From Pirellulales bacterium (GTDB lineage Bacteria; Planctomycetota; Planctomycetia; Pirellulales; PALSA-1355), in the NCBI GenBank assembly GCA_022844125.1, contig JALHMI010000019.1, forward strand, positions 40,359-104,358: DNA of 64,000 nt. The letters are read 5' to 3'. A program made the position numbers and the translations under genes. Numbering within the stretch: the stretch's first letter is position 1; the number at the start of each line of letters is the position of its first letter. Below are positions 38,226-52,338 of this stretch, piece after piece. The notes beneath the pieces are model-generated. The model saw only the letters and a program-made list of their open reading frames with translations, made no database searches and was not told the DNA's origin.

Positions 38226-40808
38226 CTAGTCGTTCGCGCGCTGGACATCTTTCGGCTTGGCCGCCACGCGGCTCGAGACCCGCCGCGGACCGTAGGCCAG
38301 GCCGATCCAGCCGTCTTCGACCGTGAACTGCGAGATTTGCAAGTCCTTCAAACGCTCGTCGCCCGTGATCGACTCGGGCAGCAGCCGCAGATCGCGATTC
38401 TTGGAAAGTACCTTGGAAAAGATCGCTCGCAGTTTGAACTCGATTTTGCCGCGCATCGACTCGCCGTCCAATCGCAGCGAGTACTGCGGATTGGAATCCC
38501 GTTCGAACAACGGGGTGAGCGACTCGAGCTTGGGGACATAATATGCCCGAACCTGAAAGTCGTGCCAGCGGCTTCCCTCTTGGCGGAGTTCCTTGATCGC
38601 GAACGTGACCTCCAACCGCCCGTCCACGGTATCGAGCCGCACGGCGTCCCGATCGGCGAATGTGATCCGCACCTTCTCCGGCAGGTCTTCCTGCTTGGCC
38701 AGTTCCGGGTTGCCAAGCTTATCGCCCACCCAGGTGAACAGTTCGGCCAATTCGAACCGCCGGCCTTCGAGGTCGAGCGACTCGAGCATGTTATTGATGG
38801 CCGATTGATGTACTTGCACACTGAACCAACTGTCCGAGGGTGCCCGCGGTCGGGGCGTAAACGCGCCCATCTGCTCGTCACTCCCCAGCCGCAATCGCGC
38901 GGCGATGCGCTCTTCGGTCGTGGCCAGCGAGATCGGCACGAGCTCCAGTCCCAAGCGATCGAGCGCGGCCCCCTGCCCGTCTCGCATCTTGCGTTCGGTT
39001 TCCGCCAGGCGAGTTTGCACTTCGCTGTCGAGCTGCTGCAAGGCGCGGGAGGCAATCTTGAATTCCGTCTGGCGGCGGGCCTGGCCCCGGGCCTCGTCGT
39101 GCTGATTGCGAGCGATATTGCGGACGACCGAACCCACGATCGGCACGCCGTCGTAGTCGGTCTCGAGCGCGACCAGGTTGTTCCAGTTGTTCTCCGCTTC
39201 GGCGACCGCTGGCCAGACAAACAGCCCCTGCGGGCCGAAGACCAACAGCTTGCGGGCCAGGAACGTCGACTGACCCTGGTTGCGCAAGCGAACTGGCCCG
39301 GCATCCGAGACCGTGTTGGCCGCCACCGTGCCGTGCGCTTCCAGCCCGATGCGAATCCGCTGCGGGTCGGGCACGAACAGCACCGAGAGTTTGGTGAACG
39401 TGCTGCTGTGGCCGCGGACCGGAACATTCACGACCGTGTCGCGCACCGGCGCATCGATGCGACCGGGCTGCGGAACCAGGCGATTGGCCAGCTCGCTGCT
39501 GACCGCCACGCGCAGGTTGGCGTTGCGATAGTGCGTGTCCAGATGCGCGGCCAGCTCGCGAGCCGACTCGCCCTGGAGCGCGAGCAGGTTGCGGTAGCTG
39601 GCGGCCACAACCGCGGCATCGCTGGAGCGGCCGCTGTACTCGAGCTCTTCGAGATGCGTCAACAGCCTGTCGCCGTCGAAGTCGGTCGCGAGCCACGCCT
39701 GGAGTTCAACATTCAATTTCGCGAGCGGTCCGTCGGCAATGAATTTGCGCTGCTCCCGCGAGAGCTTTGGTGAATTCAGCCGGCTGATCGTGCGGCGGGC
39801 AACCTCGCGGCGGAGGTCAAGCGAAGCGTCATCCGACGCGGCCGACTTAAGCTGCGCGAGTTCGAGATACTCTCGCCAGGCCGCTTCCGCGGGATTGCCG
39901 GCGGAAAGCGCTTCGAAAGCGGTGAGCTGATGGCGAACGCGTGCGGCTGCCTGCTCGGATGACGGGATACGCGGCGGTTGCTCGTTCAATTGGGCGATGG
40001 CTTCCCAAATGTCGACCCACCGCATGACACCGTAGCGTGTCCGCGATGCCTGCGCTTCCAGCGAAGTGTCCGCGCCCGGCTGCAAGGCGTCACGCGTGAC
40101 GATTTGCTGTAAGTCGGCCAGTAGCTCGCGCTGCGCGGCGGGATCGGTCGCAAAGCACAGCTCGTTGATTAGTTGATTCGCACGCGGAACCCAGACGAGG
40201 TGGGCGTCTTCGTGCGCAAGCTCGGTAAGTTGCGCGAGCAGCTTTCGCGGCAGTGGCCACCTCGGTTCGGGCTCCGCGGGAGTCTCCTCGACGGGCGATT
40301 CAACGACCGGTGCTTCCTCCACCGTCGGCGGCTCGGCCGAGAGCGGTGATTCGGGCGGCGTTTCAGCCTGCGGGAATTCTGGTTCGGCGACCGGCGCTGG
40401 TTCGACGGGGGCTGCCAGCCGCGGCAGAGCCGCCAGTTGGTCAGGCGCGGTATCGAGGACAACGCCATCGAGCGGCGAATCGTCGTCGAGGCGAAAATCC
40501 TCGGCGAAGTATGGCGCGGGAGGCACGAGCAGCGCGGGCAGGACCTCGGGTGCGCCCGGGCCTGCAAATGGCTGGGCAAACTCCAGCTCCGCCTCGCGCG
40601 GCGCAAGCTCCGAGGTGTCGGTCGTTTCCAGGTCGATCGGCGCGGGTGGGTCTGTTTTCGCGGTGCGCACCAGCGCCTGCGGCTTGGGCGACAGACTGCG
40701 TTGCGCGCGGCGCTCCCAGGCGCGGGGCGCCGTCAGGCTGAGCAGGAACAGGCAACCCAGGATGCCCAGGTACGGCCAGATCGGACTCGACTTCGACTTC
40801 TTCTTCAT
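38226..40808 (-). CDS. large hypothetical membrane-anchored protein (860 aa), no recognised domain
   Basis: ATG 40808 (MKKKSKSSPIWPYLGILGCLFLLSL gives one N-terminal TM). Pro/Glu-rich spacer, then about 650 aa with coding-like composition and no motif I recognise. The opposite-strand ORF 38100-39773 looks like a shadow ORF. Confidence 0.7.
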   Translation of the reverse strand: MKKKSKSSPIWPYLGILGCLFLLSLTAPRAWERRAQRSLSPKPQALVRTAKTDPPAPIDLETTDTSELAPREAELEFAQPFAGPGAPEVLPALLVPPAPYFAEDFRLDDDSPLDGVVLDTAPDQLAALPRLAAPVEPAPVAEPEFPQAETPPESPLSAEPPTVEEAPVVESPVEETPAEPEPRWPLPRKLLAQLTELAHEDAHLVWVPRANQLINELCFATDPAAQRELLADLQQIVTRDALQPGADTSLEAQASRTRYGVMRWVDIWEAIAQLNEQPPRIPSSEQAAARVRHQLTAFEALSAGNPAEAAWREYLELAQLKSAASDDASLDLRREVARRTISRLNSPKLSREQRKFIADGPLAKLNVELQAWLATDFDGDRLLTHLEELEYSGRSSDAAVVAASYRNLLALQGESARELAAHLDTHYRNANLRVAVSSELANRLVPQPGRIDAPVRDTVVNVPVRGHSSTFTKLSVLFVPDPQRIRIGLEAHGTVAANTVSDAGPVRLRNQGQSTFLARKLLVFGPQGLFVWPAVAEAENNWNNLVALETDYDGVPIVGSVVRNIARNQHDEARGQARRQTEFKIASRALQQLDSEVQTRLAETERKMRDGQGAALDRLGLELVPISLATTEERIAARLRLGSDEQMGAFTPRPRAPSDSWFSVQVHQSAINNMLESLDLEGRRFELAELFTWVGDKLGNPELAKQEDLPEKVRITFADRDAVRLDTVDGRLEVTFAIKELRQEGSRWHDFQVRAYYVPKLESLTPLFERDSNPQYSLRLDGESMRGKIEFKLRAIFSKVLSKNRDLRLLPESITGDERLKDLQISQFTVEDGWIGLAYGPRRVSSRVAAKPKDVQRAND

Positions 40809-41146
40809 GCACGCCACTCCTTGAAGGCGGGGTCGTCCGGACACCCCCGCGCAACTATCCGCGAGCCAAGCCATCGGACCGCCTGCCGGCATGCCGGAAA
40901 CGGCGGGCGAGGCTGAGCGGCCACAGGCACGAGCGCACCTGGACCGTACGATCGTCCACGTTCATAGAATCGGTAGACTCCAGAGCCGGAGTCGATTGTT
41001 TGTTCGGCAGCTTTTGACAGTCGAGCGGCGCGACCCGAGAGATTGCGCAAACTTTGCGGTCAGCGGACCGGCAGTTTGAACTGGGCGGGGGGCAGCCCTA
41101 AGATGGGCGCTGCCGTCCTTCTTTCTCCTGCGAGCTGCAAGCGACC

Positions 41147-42553
41147 ATGCGCTGGCCCCTGCGATACCAGATTCTCGTTCCTTTCGCCGGCACGATGCTG
41201 GCAGTGGTGGCGGTCGTCAGCTCGCTGGACGCGGTCCTTTCGGCTCGCCGCAGCCAGCAGCAGATTGAAGGGCAGCTTGGTGAGGTCGCCCGCACGCTCG
41301 AGGCGGCGAACTTTCCGCTGACGGACGCCGTGCTCAAACAGACGCGCGGACTGGCTGGAGCGGACTTTGTGCTGACAGACCGACAAGGCCAACTACTGGC
41401 GGCCAGCCGGAGAGACCTCTCGGCCCAGACGTTGGCAAAGTTTCCGGCAGCAGGCGAGGTAAAACTCGATCGACCGCTCGTCCTCGCCGACGGCACGTAC
41501 CTGCACGCTGCGGTCAGTCTCGCGCCGCATGGACTAGCCAGCGATCCGCGCGCCCTGCACATTCTTTATCCGCAGGACGATCTGCGACTGGCTCGCTGGC
41601 AGGCGGCGTATCCTTCGCTGGTCGTGGGCAGCCTGGCGCTCGTGGTCGTGGCGGTGCTGGCTACGGCCATTGCCGGGCGGATGAGCCGGCCGATCCTGGA
41701 ACTGCGCCAGCAGCTCGGCCGCCTGGTCCGCGGCGAGTTCCAGCCGCTTGCGGTGCCCGCGAGAAACGACGAACTCAGCGACCTGGTTCGCTCGGCCAAC
41801 TCGCTGGGGGAACAGCTCGAGGAAATGCAGCGCGTCATCAAGCGTTCCGAGCGGCTCTCGCTGCTCGGCCAGTTGAGCGGTGGCCTGGCACATCAACTCC
41901 GCAACAGCGTCACGGGCGCAAGGATCGCCGTGCAACTTCACCAGCGGCACTGCGCGGGACGCGATGCCGAGAGCCTGGAGGTCGCGCTGCGGCAACTCAA
42001 GATCACCGAGTCGCACCTGCAGCGATTTCTGTCCGTGGGACGCCCCACTGCGCCACAACAGACAGAGTGCGACGTGCCACAGTTGATCGAGGAAGTCGTG
42101 GCGCTCGTGGCGCCGGCCTGCAAGCACCAGCGGGTAGCACTCAAATTTTCCTCCGCGGATGGCTGCGAGACTTCGCTTCCCGCCGATGCGGAACAGTTGC
42201 GGCAAATGCTGATGAACCTCGTGCTCAATGGCATCGAGGCGGCCGCACCGAACGGCTGGGTGCGCATCGAACTGGAAGAAGAGCCCTCGCTCGTGCGGCT
42301 GCGCGTGCTCGACAGCGGTGCGGGGCCAGACGCCGAAGTGGCCGATCGACTGTTCGAGCCGTTCGTGACCGGGAAACCGGAAGGCATCGGCCTGGGACTG
42401 CCCGTGGTGCGGCAGATCGTCGCGGCCCACGACGGCACGGTGCGATTGCTGCCCGGAACACCCACGTGCTTTGAAGTCACACTGCCGCGCGGCCCCATGG
42501 CGGAAGGACCGGCGCCCGTTCCGGCCCAAGCAGCCGGCGCTACCAACACCTAA
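41147..42553 (+). CDS. sensor histidine kinase (periplasmic sensor, HAMP, HisKA, HATPase; NtrB/AtoS-like)
   Basis: 468 aa with two TM segments flanking a roughly 140-aa extracytoplasmic region. HAMP-like SRPILELRQQLGRLVRGEF. H-box GGLAHQLRNSV. N/G boxes NLVLNGIEA, DSGAGP, GIGLGLPVV. Confidence 0.85.
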   Translation: MRWPLRYQILVPFAGTMLAVVAVVSSLDAVLSARRSQQQIEGQLGEVARTLEAANFPLTDAVLKQTRGLAGADFVLTDRQGQLLAASRRDLSAQTLAKFPAAGEVKLDRPLVLADGTYLHAAVSLAPHGLASDPRALHILYPQDDLRLARWQAAYPSLVVGSLALVVVAVLATAIAGRMSRPILELRQQLGRLVRGEFQPLAVPARNDELSDLVRSANSLGEQLEEMQRVIKRSERLSLLGQLSGGLAHQLRNSVTGARIAVQLHQRHCAGRDAESLEVALRQLKITESHLQRFLSVGRPTAPQQTECDVPQLIEEVVALVAPACKHQRVALKFSSADGCETSLPADAEQLRQMLMNLVLNGIEAAAPNGWVRIELEEEPSLVRLRVLDSGAGPDAEVADRLFEPFVTGKPEGIGLGLPVVRQIVAAHDGTVRLLPGTPTCFEVTLPRGPMAEGPAPVPAQAAGATNT

Positions 42554-42568
42554 CTCTGGAAACGAGCG

Positions 42569-43951
42569 ATGAGCCACGTCCTGATCATCGACGACGAAGA
42601 GAGCATCTGCTGGGGACTGAAACGCCTGCTGCAAGAGTCGGGGCATTCGGTTGCCACGGCCTCGAGCGCCGAAGAAGGTCTCCAGCACGCCCGCCGCAAA
42701 TCGCCCGACCTGGTCGTGCTCGACGTGCGTCTGCCCGGAATGGACGGGCTCTCGGCCATGCAACCGCTCCGGCAGTGCGCCGGCGAGGTGCCGATCGTCG
42801 TGATCACGGCCTTCGGCAGCCTGGACGTTGCGGTCAGCGCAATGCGCAACGGAGCATTCGACTATCTGACCAAGCCGTTCGATCTGGAACAGGCCGCCAG
42901 CGTCATCGATCGCGCGCTTGCGCATCGGCCCATTCCGAAGGACTCGGACGCTGCCCGGGACGATGCGATGCACGCCGAACTGCTGGGGTCCAGTCCCGCG
43001 ATGCAGGAAGTCTTCAAGCGGATCGCGCTCGTGGCGCCGTCGGACGCCTCGGTGCTGATCACGGGCGAAAGCGGCACCGGCAAGGAACTGGTGGCCCGGG
43101 CGATTCACCGACATTCGCGTCGCGCGTCCGATCCGTTCGTTCCGATCCACCTGGCTTCGCTCAGCCCCACGCTGGTCGAAAGCGAGTTGTTCGGTCATGA
43201 ACGGGGCGCCTTCACGGGAGCCGAGTCGGCTCGCACGGGGCTTTTGGAGCTGGCCCACGGGGCCACCGTGTTTTTCGATGAAGCTGGCGACATTCCGCCC
43301 AGCGTGCAAGTGAAACTGCTGCGTGTGCTGGAACAATACGAGGTCACGCCGGTGGGCAGCGCGCAGCCGCGGGCGACAACCTTCCGCGTGATTGCCGCAA
43401 CGAACCGGCCGCTCGATTCACAGCCGGAAGCCTTGCGGCAGGAACTCTACTTCCGGCTGGCGGCGTTCGAGATTCATCTGCCGCCGCTGCGCGAGCGATT
43501 GCAAGACATCCCGCTGCTGGCCGAAGCTTTTCTGCGACGAGCACGCAGCGAAACGACCACCGCGACGAGCTTCTCGCTCGAGGCCATCGAAGAACTGTGC
43601 CGCCGCCACTGGCCGGGGAATGTCCGCCAACTGCGGCATGCCGTCGAGCATGGCCTGCTGCTCGCGCGCGGCCGGCAGATCGAGCTTGAACATCTGCCTC
43701 CGGCCGAACCCGAGTCGCAAGTGACCGTGGGAGACGACCTGCAAACAGCCGTGCGGAATTGGGCTCAGCGACAACTCGCCAGCCGGGCGGCCGAGGGGAA
43801 CATCTACCAGGAGTTTCTGGCCCGGGTGGAACCGTCGCTGTTCGACGTGGTGCTGGAGCAGACGACCGGCAATCGCGCCGCGGCGGCCGATCTGCTGGGG
43901 ATTCATCGGGCGACGCTGCGCAAGAAACTGGCCAGCAGCGACGAGTCGTAG
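42569..43951 (+). CDS. sigma-54-dependent response regulator (NtrC family)
   Basis: REC (VLIIDDE...VLDVRLPGMDG...KPF). AAA+ with Walker A GESGTGKE, the GAFTGA loop (ERGAFTGA) and ...RVIAATN. C-terminal Fis-type HTH NRAAAADLLGIHRATLRKKL. Confidence 0.92.
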   Translation: MSHVLIIDDEESICWGLKRLLQESGHSVATASSAEEGLQHARRKSPDLVVLDVRLPGMDGLSAMQPLRQCAGEVPIVVITAFGSLDVAVSAMRNGAFDYLTKPFDLEQAASVIDRALAHRPIPKDSDAARDDAMHAELLGSSPAMQEVFKRIALVAPSDASVLITGESGTGKELVARAIHRHSRRASDPFVPIHLASLSPTLVESELFGHERGAFTGAESARTGLLELAHGATVFFDEAGDIPPSVQVKLLRVLEQYEVTPVGSAQPRATTFRVIAATNRPLDSQPEALRQELYFRLAAFEIHLPPLRERLQDIPLLAEAFLRRARSETTTATSFSLEAIEELCRRHWPGNVRQLRHAVEHGLLLARGRQIELEHLPPAEPESQVTVGDDLQTAVRNWAQRQLASRAAEGNIYQEFLARVEPSLFDVVLEQTTGNRAAAADLLGIHRATLRKKLASSDES

Positions 43952-43989
43952 GCGAACGAGCTTAACTCCCGACTTGGGACACTCGGCGC

Positions 43990-44355
43990 TCACGACTCGA
44001 CAAGCACCGTGTCTTCGTGCTCATAGGCCGGGGCGCAACAGCACAGGAACACCAGCGTCTCGCTGCCGGTATTCGTGATTTCGTGTTCCACGCCGGGCGG
44101 AATCGCGATCGCGTCGCCTGGCCCAACGTTCTGAACATCGCTGGCGATTCGCATCCGTCCCTGGCCGCTGAGGATGTAGTAGATCTCCTCGGTGTTGGGA
44201 TGATAGTGCGGCGTGGTGCTGGCCCCGACCGGCAGCCGTGCTTCGGCGAGGCTTTGCTTCGCAATGCACGAGTTGCGATGCGCAAGCAGCTCGCGAATCT
44301 CGGAACCGTCTTTGGTCGTGAAGCTGGGGACGCGGTCGCGGTTGCGAATGTCCAT
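43990..44355 (-). CDS. cupin-domain protein
   Basis: 121 aa. Cupin motifs TTPHYHPNTEEIYYILSGQG and GDAIAIPPGVEHEITN. Confidence 0.8.
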   Translation of the reverse strand: MDIRNRDRVPSFTTKDGSEIRELLAHRNSCIAKQSLAEARLPVGASTTPHYHPNTEEIYYILSGQGRMRIASDVQNVGPGDAIAIPPGVEHEITNTGSETLVFLCCCAPAYEHEDTVLVES

Positions 44356-44382
44356 GATTGCGGGACCTCTGAAGAGCGAAAT

Positions 44383-45012
44383 TTACGGCTTGCGGCCGAT
44401 CGCAATCACGGCCGGCAAGTATTGGCGAACATCCCAGGAGAGCGACTCGGGAAGCAGCTCGCTGTTGAACCGGGCGTCGAATTCCACCACAAACACACTG
44501 CCCGGCGGCGAGCGGTCGATGAGCGACTGAATGAGCGTGAGCATGTCCTGCTGCCGCTCGAGATAGAACGCATACGGCGGCGAGCAGAATACCAGCCAGG
44601 GCTGATCTCCCTCGAACTTCGCGTGCGGAACCCACAGGAAGACGTTTCCCGACTCGACCAGGGTCCGCTCCGTAACGCCCAGCAGTGCGGCGTTCTGGCG
44701 AATCACCCTGGCCGTGGGAAAGTGCTGTTCGTAGAAGGTGGCTCGGGTCGCCCCGCGACTGAGGGCTTCGAGCCCCAGGGCGCCGGTTCCGGCGAACAAA
44801 TCGATGGCTTGCCGGCCGGCGGCGTCAGTGCCAATCAGGTTGAAGACGGCTTCGCGGACGCGATCTTTCATCGGCCGCGTGCGTAGATCACCTGTGTAGA
44901 TGAGTTTTCGCCCGCGGAACTCACCGCCGATAATACGAACCGATTCGGCCGCGGCGCCGACGCCCGAAAGTCGGTCGTGCGTGTCCGCGGGATTCTTTCG
45001 AGCACGCGCCAA
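44383..45012 (-). CDS. rsmD: 16S rRNA (guanine966-N2)-methyltransferase RsmD
   Basis: RIIGGEFRGRKL..RPMKDRVREAVFNLIG, DLFAGTGALGLEALSRGA and FCSPPY are RsmD hallmarks. The Val before RIIGG is GTT, so the start must lie upstream. TTG 45012 (AGGA 7 nt upstream) is my best guess. ATG near 45175 is an alternative. Confidence 0.8.
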   Translation of the reverse strand: MARARKNPADTHDRLSGVGAAAESVRIIGGEFRGRKLIYTGDLRTRPMKDRVREAVFNLIGTDAAGRQAIDLFAGTGALGLEALSRGATRATFYEQHFPTARVIRQNAALLGVTERTLVESGNVFLWVPHAKFEGDQPWLVFCSPPYAFYLERQQDMLTLIQSLIDRSPPGSVFVVEFDARFNSELLPESLSWDVRQYLPAVIAIGRKP

Positions 45013-45174
45013 GGCAGATCCTGTTGAACACGTTATAAATGGCGGTCGACCGGCACAAAGTCCGTACGAGCCGGGGGCTACGTTTGTAGCGGGACCGTCT
45101 GATATGCTAACTATACCTGATCCCTGCCGATGGCGCTCACCCCCATCCAACGATCCTTCCCACCAGGAAAACAT

Positions 45175-46293
45175 ATGAAAACCCGCTTGATGATGTGTGG
45201 TTTGGCCCTGATCGCGGCCCTGTTTGCGCACGTTGAACCGGCGCCCGCCCAGGCCGGCGCCGAACCGGCCGCGGCCACGGCGGCCGACTTTCCGAAGCTC
45301 TACGCGGAGTGGAAGCAGTATTTGACGCGTTTCGCCCAATTGCGGCAGCTCTTTCAGACGGATCCCAACGCCGACAAGCAAAAACTACAGGCCGAGGCAC
45401 AGAACATCGGCGAGCAGGTGCAGGCGCTGATGCCTCGGCTGGTCGAGTCTGCCAAGCTGGCCTATGCCGCGGCGCCGAATCAGAACAAGGATCTCAACGA
45501 GTTTTTGGTGGCCGCCCTCGCGGATGCCGTAAACAGCGACGACTACGAGCGCGGCTCAGAACTCGCCAAGCTGCTCATCGCTAACAAGCTCGAGAATCCG
45601 AACCTCGATATTCTGGCTGGTATTGCCCTGTTCAACACCAATGAGTTCGAAGCCGCCGCTGGGCATCTGCAAGCGGCCAAGGACAAGAAGGCCATCAATC
45701 AGGACGGCCTTCGACTGTTGGACTCGGTCGAAGATTACAAAACCAAATGGGCCCGCGAGCAGAAGTTCCGCGCCGCCGACGCCCAGGCCAACAATCCGCG
45801 CGTGAAGCTGGAAACCTCGAAGGGGGACGTCGTCATCGAACTCTTCGAAGACCAGGCCCCCAACACTGTGGCCAACTTCATCAGCCTGGTGGAAAAAAAG
45901 TTCTACGACGGGCTGTCATTCCACCGCGTGATTCCCGGCTTCATGGCCCAGGGTGGCGATCCCAATGGCGACGGCTCTGGCGGGCCCAAGTACACAATTC
46001 CCGACGAAGTCGCGAATCCCGATCATCGCGAACACTTCCGCGGGACCTTGAGCATGGCCAAGACCCAGGCTCCCGACTCGGGCGGTTCCCAGTTCTTCCT
46101 GTGCTTTGTGCCGACCCCGCACCTCGATGGGCTGCACACGGTATTCGGCCGGGTGGTGGAAGGGATGGACGTTCTGGCCAAGCTCACCAAGACCGAAGGC
46201 GTGCCCGGCAAACCAACTCCGGACAAAATCGTCAAAGCAACCGTGATCTCGAAGCGGGACCACGCGTACGAGCCGAAAACGAAGCCCGAATAA
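45175..46293 (+). CDS. secreted peptidyl-prolyl cis-trans isomerase (cyclophilin type) with N-terminal helical/TPR-like domain
   Basis: ATG 45175 (signal peptide MKTRLMMCGLALIAALFAHVEPAPAQA). C-terminal cyclophilin blocks VANFISLVEKKFYDGLSFHRVIPGFMAQGGDP and SMAKTQAPDSGGSQFFLCF...LDGLHTVFGRV. Confidence 0.9.
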   Translation: MKTRLMMCGLALIAALFAHVEPAPAQAGAEPAAATAADFPKLYAEWKQYLTRFAQLRQLFQTDPNADKQKLQAEAQNIGEQVQALMPRLVESAKLAYAAAPNQNKDLNEFLVAALADAVNSDDYERGSELAKLLIANKLENPNLDILAGIALFNTNEFEAAAGHLQAAKDKKAINQDGLRLLDSVEDYKTKWAREQKFRAADAQANNPRVKLETSKGDVVIELFEDQAPNTVANFISLVEKKFYDGLSFHRVIPGFMAQGGDPNGDGSGGPKYTIPDEVANPDHREHFRGTLSMAKTQAPDSGGSQFFLCFVPTPHLDGLHTVFGRVVEGMDVLAKLTKTEGVPGKPTPDKIVKATVISKRDHAYEPKTKPE

Positions 46294-46344
46294 GGCTCAT
46301 AAACGGCAATCCGGGCGCGACGCTCGGTTACCTAAGTCCCCAAA

Positions 46345-46384
46345 CGGCTCGGGCTTCTGAATAAGAAGCTCGGGCCGCTTTTTT
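46345..46384 (+). terminator. intrinsic terminator of the cyclophilin gene
   Basis: Stem CGGCTCGGGCTTCT / AGAAGCTCGGGCCG (two G-U pairs), loop GAATA, then T6 (46379-46384). Lies 50 nt after the stop. Confidence 0.7.
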
Positions 46385-46596
46385 GCGCGTCGCGTGAACG
46401 ATTACGCCCGCTTCTGCACTGCGCGTGCTGGCTTCTCGCTTCAGCGGCGTGTCAGTAGAAGTAATACTGATGCTGAAGCAAGTCCGAAAGGAATACCACA
46501 AGTCATTATGAATTATTGATTTGCGCTCTCACGAAGGGGTCTCGAATGACCCGCGAACCTGGATGACGGCAGCTCGCTCTGATCTTAGAAAACTGC

Positions 46597-46625
46597 TTGA
46601 CGAAAGCAGCTAAGGCGTCTACCTT
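46597..46625 (+). promoter_or_regulatory. possible promoter of the LysR-gltBD unit (TTGACG-N17-TACCTT)
   Basis: Hexamers at 46597-46602 and 46620-46625. The -35 sits inside the small inverted repeat CTGCTT-N5-AAGCAG. About 65 nt upstream of ATG 46690. Confidence 0.3.
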
Positions 46626-46689
46626 AGCATGTTCGCCTTGAATCCTGCGTTCGCTCTCTATTTGAAAATATTATCGGGCCTCCTCCGCC

Positions 46690-47745
46690 ATGCACCTCAA
46701 ATCCCTGAAGGTCTTTTGCGATGTCGTGGGCTGGCGGAGCTTTTCCCGGGCCGCCGACGAAAACGGCATTTCCCAGAGCGGGGCGAGCCAGGTCGTCAAT
46801 CAGCTTGAGCGCCGCCTGGGCGTGAAGCTGATCGACCGCTCAAAACGGCCGTTTGTTCTGACCCCCGAGGGAGAAACCTACTACGAAGGCTGCCGCAAGC
46901 TGGTCCAGCGGTACGACGCCCTGGAAGACCAGGTCCGCACACTGCACGAGGAGGTTTCAGGCCGCGTGCGCGTGGTGTCGATCTACTCCGTCGGCCTGCA
47001 TCACATGAGCCGGTACCTGCAACAGTTCTTGGCGCAGTATCCGAAAGCCAACGTGCGGCTCGAGTACCAGCATCCACACCGGGTGTTCGACGCGGTCGAG
47101 AAGGACCACGCCGACCTGGGCCTGATCAGTTATCCCCGCGCTTCGCGGACGATCGAAGCGATCCCCTGGCGCGAAGAACCGATGGTGCTGGTCTGTGCTC
47201 CGACGCATCGGCTCGCCGAACGCGAGCGGATCAGCTTCGCCGACCTTTCTGGGGAAAAGATGATCGGCTTTGACAGCGATCTGACGATCCGTCGCGAGAT
47301 CGATCGCGTGCTGCAGATCAACGACGTCGAAGTCCGCGTGGCCATGGAATTCGACAACATCGAGACCATCAAGCGAGCCGTCGAGATCGATGCCGGCGTG
47401 GCCTTGCTCCCCGAGCCGACCGTGCTGCGCGAGGTCGAGGCGAAGACACTGGCGATGGTGCCCCTGGACAGTGATGAACTGGTCCGCCCGCTGGGTATCA
47501 TCCATCGCCGCGGCAAGGAACTGGGGAGCACGACCCGGCGGTTTATTGAACTGTTGCAAGCCGCGGGGCAGCAGGCCTGCCAGACCTGCCCGACGGAAGA
47601 GCAGGTTGAGCACACGTGGAACGGCAACGGCGCTCATCACCCTGAACCGGCCCAGGCCAACGGTACGGCCGAGACGACTGAACAAGAAACTGAAGATGGC
47701 GTGCATGCGCGACCGCGTCGCGTGGCACGCATCAAGGCGAAGTAA
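46690..47745 (+). CDS. LysR-family transcriptional regulator (immediately upstream of gltBD)
   Basis: N-terminal wHTH LKVFCDVVGWRSFSRAADENGISQSGASQVVNQLERRLGVKLIDRS, a LysR substrate-binding region, and an unusual roughly 55-aa acidic/basic C-terminal tail. Confidence 0.88.
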   Translation: MHLKSLKVFCDVVGWRSFSRAADENGISQSGASQVVNQLERRLGVKLIDRSKRPFVLTPEGETYYEGCRKLVQRYDALEDQVRTLHEEVSGRVRVVSIYSVGLHHMSRYLQQFLAQYPKANVRLEYQHPHRVFDAVEKDHADLGLISYPRASRTIEAIPWREEPMVLVCAPTHRLAERERISFADLSGEKMIGFDSDLTIRREIDRVLQINDVEVRVAMEFDNIETIKRAVEIDAGVALLPEPTVLREVEAKTLAMVPLDSDELVRPLGIIHRRGKELGSTTRRFIELLQAAGQQACQTCPTEEQVEHTWNGNGAHHPEPAQANGTAETTEQETEDGVHARPRRVARIKAK

Positions 47746-47766
47746 CGAAGCGTAAGGGAATCCGCC

Positions 47767-52330
<4,564 letters not shown>

Positions 52331-52338
<8 letters not shown>

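Noticed and set aside
38100-39773. 557-aa plus-strand ORF
   Set aside because: It is opposite the 860-aa hypothetical gene. The minus-strand frame has a clean signal anchor, a sensible start and a more protein-like composition, whereas this frame is Arg/Leu/Gly-rich. The call is less certain than the others because neither product has a recognised domain.
41534-43336. 600-aa minus-strand ORF
   Set aside because: It spans the junction of the histidine kinase and NtrC-type genes on the opposite strand, both of which have complete motif sets. It is a shadow ORF.
46440-46690. tRNA gene or glutamine (glnA-type) riboswitch in the AT-rich spacer upstream of the LysR-gltBD genes
   Set aside because: There is no GGTTCGAATCC-type T-arm or cloverleaf. 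ACGGCAG differs from the conserved ACGGAAG core, and the flanking pairing elements are missing.
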